DNA of 46,871 nt from Gonapodya sp. JEL0774 (Eukaryota), in contig JADIIX010000154.1 of NCBI GenBank assembly GCA_027604505.1, positions 1-46,871 on the forward strand, written 5' to 3'. Positions within the stretch are counted from its first letter, which is position 1; every line of letters starts with the position of its first letter. The translations under genes and the position numbers were made by a program. Shown one piece after another: positions 41,153 to 46,871 of the stretch. The notes under the pieces were generated by a model, which was not told where the DNA came from, ran no database searches, and saw only the letters and a list, made by a program, of their open reading frames with translations.

Positions 41153-42045
41153 TGAGTGAGGGTTGGTGTTGGTTGTGAGATTCGAACCCTTTGACACAGA
41201 ATCTGGAATGACGAAGGTCCGTGCGCTCCACTTCCTGCCAATCCCATTCCGGATCGCTTACCCGCTCCAAAACCGCTCCAATTTCGGGAACGTATATATT
41301 TTAATCTCTATTGTCGGGAACCGGAATGAAAATTTTGCCCCCGCTATCGGGCTCTTGCAAAGCGTACGGATGGACCGGAATGTCTGCACATCTCGCGATG
41401 GACGTCATTGAATATCTTCCCATCAACTGAAAACCGATGATGACGACTAAAGAACTTGTGTATGCGTGGTAATCGTCTGATATGAAGGGGATTCGGGCTT
41501 GTTACTCGTTGCTGGCTCGAAACATGCAACTCCTGCTCAAGATCCGCCGTCGTCTGGTTTTATCTTTTGCTAACGAATGAAATAGTTTATGTGAGCTAGC
41601 AAAATACGATTCAGTGATTGCGCAGGCAAGGGGAAGGGGTGGACCAAGTGCGACAGGTGTTCGCAACAGAGGAACCCAGCCAAGCCTTCTCAGATTCCGG
41701 GGGTCCCAAGCAAGAATCTCGTTGCCCATTGCTACCTGGCCTTGGGCCTGGTCAACACCCAGTTTCCTTCCTCCAGTCAAAATTGCACCAATCGCGAGTT
41801 CACAGCAACCACAGCAGAAAAAGGTAAATCCTATATTCAATAATTGGGAGCACTCTATACAATGTTATTTCGCTTTTTTTAGCTTCTCTTAACTTCTGGA
41901 ACCAAAAGAAAGTTGACAGATTCACAAATTTGTTGACATGGTATGCGTTGAAGTCATCATATTTCTCTGCTTTCCCAGGGTGACTCTGAAAGTGTGACCC
42001 GCTTCGGAGTCACCTCTTCAACTATGGAGTAGCTGAGAACGCATA

Positions 42046-42239
42046 TGTGAATATGAAAACAATATGCATCGTAGCTGCCGTTCTTACCTGAGAATGCAGC
42101 GATATCAACCAAACCTAAGAAACTCTAACCTGAACTAAAACAACACCTAGTGGCAGCTGTGCCACGCTCCCTCACCCCTCATATATAACTATACGCTCCT
42201 AACTGACCTAGCGGTAGCTACGTACGTCACATGGTGACA
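42046..42239 (-). repeat. Putative 3' LTR of the Gypsy element
   Basis: Begins TGTCAC at 42239, just after the polypurine tract AGGGGAGAAGAGGGGG (42260-42245). It contains a TATA-like TTATATAT. The distal end (…TCACA at 42046) is a guess because no second LTR is in the window. Confidence 0.45.
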
Positions 42240-44054
42240 ATATGCCCCCTCTTCTCCCCTAATCCTGGGAATTCGATATACAACGAAACAAACGCCTCTG
42301 TCTGCAGACAGACCGCAGCGCACCGTTGGCTGGAGAAGAGTAGACAGCACGATAGGAAAAGAAACGTAATGAGGCAGAAGATGACGTAAAGATGGTGGAA
42401 TTACAGCTGCTGGTTGAGTGGCGTAGTATTCACAGAGGGTTGTTGTGGTTCACAGCGGAACCGTTAGGTTTCTGTCCCGAGACTCAATGTATATGTCTGA
42501 ACTCTAGTACAATGTGTTCACTTAGCGGCTGTCGCTGAACCGCCGGCACAACTAAGATCACTAGGAAAATCTGAAAACTACTCCATATGCATCTATATAC
42601 TAATAGATATCACACGTATCCAAGGAATGGGTGCCGCGGCCAGGGGTGACGCGTGGGGGTGAACAGGGACAACTGGTGCTGTGCTCGTGCGGTCACGTCA
42701 CTCCGGCTAAACTCCTGCTTTTAGCCGTCATCTCACAACACTCCCCGGGGTTCTCAAAAGCGAGTCCCACTCGCGCAATGGGTGTGCATATGTACCACTC
42801 ACACGTCAGTAGGGTGGTCGGGTTGGCATCAGGCTGTGCGGTGCTACTCACTTGGTCAACGTATTCTCGCAGCAGCTTATGGCGCTGTGCAAATCCTCTA
42901 TGGCAAGCGCGGCACGTAAGGATCTTCCTGTCTGGACAGGGGTGGTTGCGTTTGTACGCATCGATAAGGTCGTCGGCTGCCTGGAGGCCTTCGGGTTGCC
43001 ACTCGGGTGTAGCATACTCACGGAACTTCAAGAGGTATTCGACCAGTGCCCTTTTGGTTTCGGATTGCACCTTCCTGTTGAGGACAGCTTCCACCACATA
43101 GGTTGGTTGGAAGTCAGGACCCAGGTCAACTTGAGCGATGTCTTGCTGAGCGACTGCAGCATCAACTGGCGTTTGCATTTGTGAGTTGAGTTAGCTGGTG
43201 TAATGCTCATGCGTGATGGGTCTGGGAAGTAATGAGTCACCCATGGCTGGAATCTTTGCATGTGACTGACGTGGGCAGTCATCTCATGCTCAGTGCTGAT
43301 GTGGCTTACCCAGAAAATGTTCTTGCTGACCTTCTCAGTGATGCGGTATGGGCCAATCCAGTGGGAATGAGCTTTGTACTCTCCCCTTTTCAATGGGTTT
43401 CCTCGTAGTACACCATGACAAGTTGGTTGATGTCAAAGGCAGTAACAGATGCAGTGTGGTCATAAGCAGCTTGACAGATCTTCCTCTGCTGGCACATATG
43501 TGTGCGTAGTTGGTCATACGCATGGGCCAAGACTGCACTGGCTCTTGGCACGTCTTGAGTCCTTGTTTGCAGGGGTTTGGTGACACTGGGAAATAGCACG
43601 TCTGCTGGGAGCCTTGCATCTCTCAGATGGTTGAGAAAGAACTGCGTGTCTCCTAAGGCTCGATGGACAGTGGTCCGATATGCAAACAAGATGGGTTCAA
43701 TGACAACATCCCAATTGGTATGACAGACGTTGATGTATGCTGTCAGGGCGTCATTGATGAAGTGATGTGGGCGTTCAATCAGAGAATTAGACTCAGGATG
43801 ATACGCAGCAGAGAGTGTGTGCTGGAAGCCACCAAGCTTTGCTAAATTCTGCATGACCGGGTTTACAAAGTGCTTCGCATTGTTGGAATGTAAGTGGAAG
43901 AAGACACCATGTCGACAAATCCAGTGCCAAAAAATGGCATCTGCCACAACTTCAGCGGACATAGTTGGATTGGGACACCTTCAAGCCACTGTAACACGTG
44001 GTCAATCATGGTGAGGACATATTGGTTCTTGTGTTCAGTGGTTGGGAACGGTCC

Positions 44055-45953
44055 TCAAATGTCAATGGAGATCTCATCCCCAGGGTTGATGTCTTCTGTG
44101 TTTAACGCCTGTAAGTGGCCTTGTGCATGTGGTTGACTTGGTTTACGACTTTGGCACACAGTGCATGCAGTAGTCCAACGGCGCATGTTGCAGGATATAC
44201 CAGGCCATGTAAAACGCAGTCGGATGGCGTCCCACATTTTGCCAGAGTCAACGTGACCAGCTAATGGGTCTTCATGGTACGCCCGAAGGATTTCCTCCTT
44301 GCGGTTGCGAGGAACACAAATCTGTGTGGCCTTATGCCATTGGTTGTTGCGCATGATCTCTGCTTTGTGCGTTAAGAGACCAGTTTGGGGAGCAATCTCA
44401 TGAAGAGCTGCTTGAACGATTAATCGTACTGACACATTTGTTGGAGCTTGTGCAGCAGACAGGTAATCGATAATTGGGGCCCAGTGTGGGTCGGAGCGTT
44501 GATCAGCGGCAAACTGGCGTTGAAAGTCTTCAGTGTCTAATCTGACTGTCAGTGCAGCAAGGAGGTTTATAGCTGGCACATTTTCAATGACCATGGTAGC
44601 AAGGGTGGGGCCTAGCAGAGGTGGAAGATACATATCCGTGTCTGACGGTGCAGGTTGCCCAAAGTGGGTAAGAGTGTCTGCATTACGGTTCTTGTTGCGT
44701 GGGCAATAGGACAGAGTAAAGTCAAATTCTGCCAGTCTTAATGCCCAGCGGGTTAGGCGCCCTGGCTTCGAGGAATCCTTAAGCCATTGGAGGGACTCGT
44801 GATCGGAGATCACTTCGAATGGTGCCCCATACAGGAAAGCACGGAAAGTCTCGCATGACCATAGGATGGCCAGAGCTTCGCGTTCGCGGACGTCCCACTT
44901 TCTCTCTGCATCAGTGAGACCTCTACTGGCGTATGCTACAACGTATTCTTTATTCTGGTCGTCACGTTGTGCGAGGATACCAGCAATAGCAATGCCAGAT
45001 GCGTCTGTTTGCACCAGGAAGGGCCTAGTGAAGTCAGGTCGTCTTAAGGTGGCACTCGAAGTAAGTGCGTCCTTGAGCTTAAGGAATGCATCTTGGTGGG
45101 ATCGGTCCCAACGCCAGACACTATAACGGCGGGTGAGTTGCCATAGTGGCCACGAGATTTCTGCAAAGTCTTGCACAAAGTGACGGTAGTAGCCAGACAA
45201 GCCAAGGAAGGAATACAATCCATCCACGTTGGTGGGGGTGGCGAATTCGCGTATTGCTTTGGCTTTAGCGGGGTCCACTTTGATCTCGCCCTTGTTGGTA
45301 ACGATGTGGCCTAGGTATGCCGTTTCACTTTGGCACAGAGTGCACTTCTTTGCACGGAGACGAAGGCCAGCTTTGCGGATGCGTACCATCATGTCGGTGA
45401 TGTCCATCATGTGCTTCTCGAAAGACGGGGAGAATACAATGATATCGTCCATGTAGACGAGGCAGGAGATCCACTTAATTCCTGCAAGGATTGCGTCCAT
45501 CAGCCTTTGAAAAGTGGCTGGGGCATTGGTTAACCCGAACGGCATGCGGAGGAATTCGAAGAGACCTTCTGGGGTGATGAAGGCAGTCTTTGGTACGTCA
45601 TCTTCATGGATCTTTATGTTCCAGTAGCCCCAAGTGACGTCGAAGGTGGAGATATAGTTCGCATTTTGCAGTGAGCTTAGTGCATCATCGACTCTGGGAA
45701 GTGGGTATTGGTCTTTCTTGGTGATGGCGTTCAGCTTACGGTAGTCAACACAAAACCGTATTTTGCCGTCCTTCTTAGGTACAAGTACGACTGGTGCAGC
45801 CCATGGACTACTGGATGGTTGGATTATCTTTTGGTCAAGCATGTCTTTGACTTCTTTAGCCATTGCAGGGCGCGCACAAATGGCTGTGCAATGTGGAGGA
45901 ACCGCAATGGGTGGATGGTAACCTGTATCAATGCGATGGCGGATTGTGGGCAC
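44055..45953 (-). pseudogene. pol fragment: RT, RNase H and integrase zinc finger
   Basis: 632-aa frame ending in a premature TGA at the start of the integrase core (ISIDI*GPFPTT). Confidence 0.92.
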
Positions 45954-46533
45954 AAATCCTGGCGTCTCTTTGTCAGAGAATATGTCAGAATATTACTCGT
46001 GCAACACCTGGGAGAGATAGTTTTGCTCCTGCATTGACAGGTCAGCTGTCTTTGCAAGGTCGAGCCCTTCAATAGGGTTCTTCGGGACATATGGCATGTC
46101 GTTGCTCTCCTGGCTTATTTCCTTGCGAATCTCCTTCAGAGACTTCCAAGGGGGTTTGATAGGAGATGGGGTGTCGTCTTCTGTCTGTTCTGTCAGAGTC
46201 ATGAAATTGAACTGGGATGACAGGTGGGGGTCTGTCGTCGCAACTGATGTTCCTTTCGGCAATTCGAGTGGGTTTGCTGTAAGATTGGACAGGAGAACCT
46301 TTGTGCGACCACGTGCGACCTTTACTACACCTTAGGCACAGAGTACTCCAAGTTTGACAGATGTAGCAGGGTGGGGTTTTACGAAGAAGTCGCTGTGGGA
46401 TTGGCGTTTTGACACCAGATATTGTACATTATCGCATTTTTTACACCCCCCATCCATAAAATCAATGCAAGATGAACCTGTGAAATGATGTAAGATAACC
46501 ATAATCTCTTTAATAATTGGGAGAAATGTGTAT

Positions 46534-46871
46534 TCAGAATGTTAGCAAATCTAGCCTAGGGTTTCCCCATGAGTCACGTTCAACACATTGGGGATAGACA
46601 GTTCTAAGGAATACATACATATCCTCTTGCCACTTTGTCCGAAAATTGTGCGGATACATAGGGAGAGGAATCTGTGCACCCTCAAAAATACGCTGGAACA
46701 GTGATGGGTACCTCATAATGAACAGGAGTGTGACACATGAAAATAATCCACAACTATGTCCATCTCCCTGGTTCCAAAACAGAGTCCAAACACAATTTCT
46801 TGGTGAAGGTGCTATTGCCAGCATGAGAATTTGGTTCAGAGCATTGCGACATGCCTCCAAGTTCTCATCAT
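46534..46871 (-). CDS. C-terminal fragment of a Ulp1/C48-like cysteine protease, probably transposon-borne (partial)
   Basis: WNQGDGHSCGLFSC matches the Q-x-D-G-x-x-C-G-x-F oxyanion/catalytic motif of clan CE proteases. The frame is open to the window edge, the DNA is more AT-rich, and it sits where Gypsy protease/gag should be. Confidence 0.6.
   Translation of the reverse strand, partial: DENLEACRNALNQILMLAIAPSPRNCVWTLFWNQGDGHSCGLFSCVTLLFIMRYPSLFQRIFEGAQIPLPMYPHNFRTKWQEDMYVFLRTVYPQCVERDSWGNPRLDLLTF

Larger units (their letters stand above)
42046..46420 (-). mobile_element. Degenerate Ty3/Gypsy LTR retrotransposon (RT-RNaseH-IN-chromodomain); gag and protease missing
   Basis: RT (SSPWAAPVVLV, RFCVDYRKLN, MPFGLTNAPATFQ, YMDD), RNase H (TDASG), integrase HHCC and core, chromodomain 43178-42693, and a PPT. 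Stops at about 46332 and 44055 plus frameshifts in the integrase. Confidence 0.96.

Noticed and set aside
41380..41997. Possible ~100-aa plus-strand spliced ORF with a 5-nt micro-exon (41586-41590) and CKGKGWTKCDRC
   Set aside because: It needs 35- and 38-nt introns, shorter than others here, has a TGA just upstream in frame, and resembles no known family.

Overview
Gene-dense, intron-rich (GT-AG) eukaryotic genomic DNA. It is most likely from a zoosporic, early-diverging fungus: fungal-type Sts1/Cut8, Pfa4 and YbaK-ProRS occur beside the flagellar genes CFAP20DC and kinesin-2, and beside animal-like SPRTN and SANT-bearing zuotin. The organism call is inference. From 1 to about 41.2 kb there are about 18 spliced host genes: a kinase 3' end, a di-ubiquitin-AN1 zinc-finger fusion, an ABHD4/5-type hydrolase, SPRTN, CBC2, ProRS, a FAM133-like protein, proteasome beta-1, CFAP20DC, SDA1, MED10, EBP-like, an orphan, DNAJC2/zuotin, an MFS transporter, STS1, PFA4 and kinesin-2. 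From about 42 kb to the end lies a decayed Ty3/Gypsy retrotransposon with a chromodomain and heavy CpG decay, which abuts a Ulp1-like protease fragment. The most notable observations are: (1) a densely base-paired, non-coding, roughly 450-nt region between SPRTN and CBC2 that matches no RNA family I recognise; (2) a gene of two canonical, cleavable ubiquitins fused to an AN1 zinc finger; (3) a probable spliced non-coding host transcript with a structured intron at 3.9-4.3 kb; (4) a TE-restricted CpG-deamination footprint. Gene models were assembled by eye, so some boundaries are approximate.
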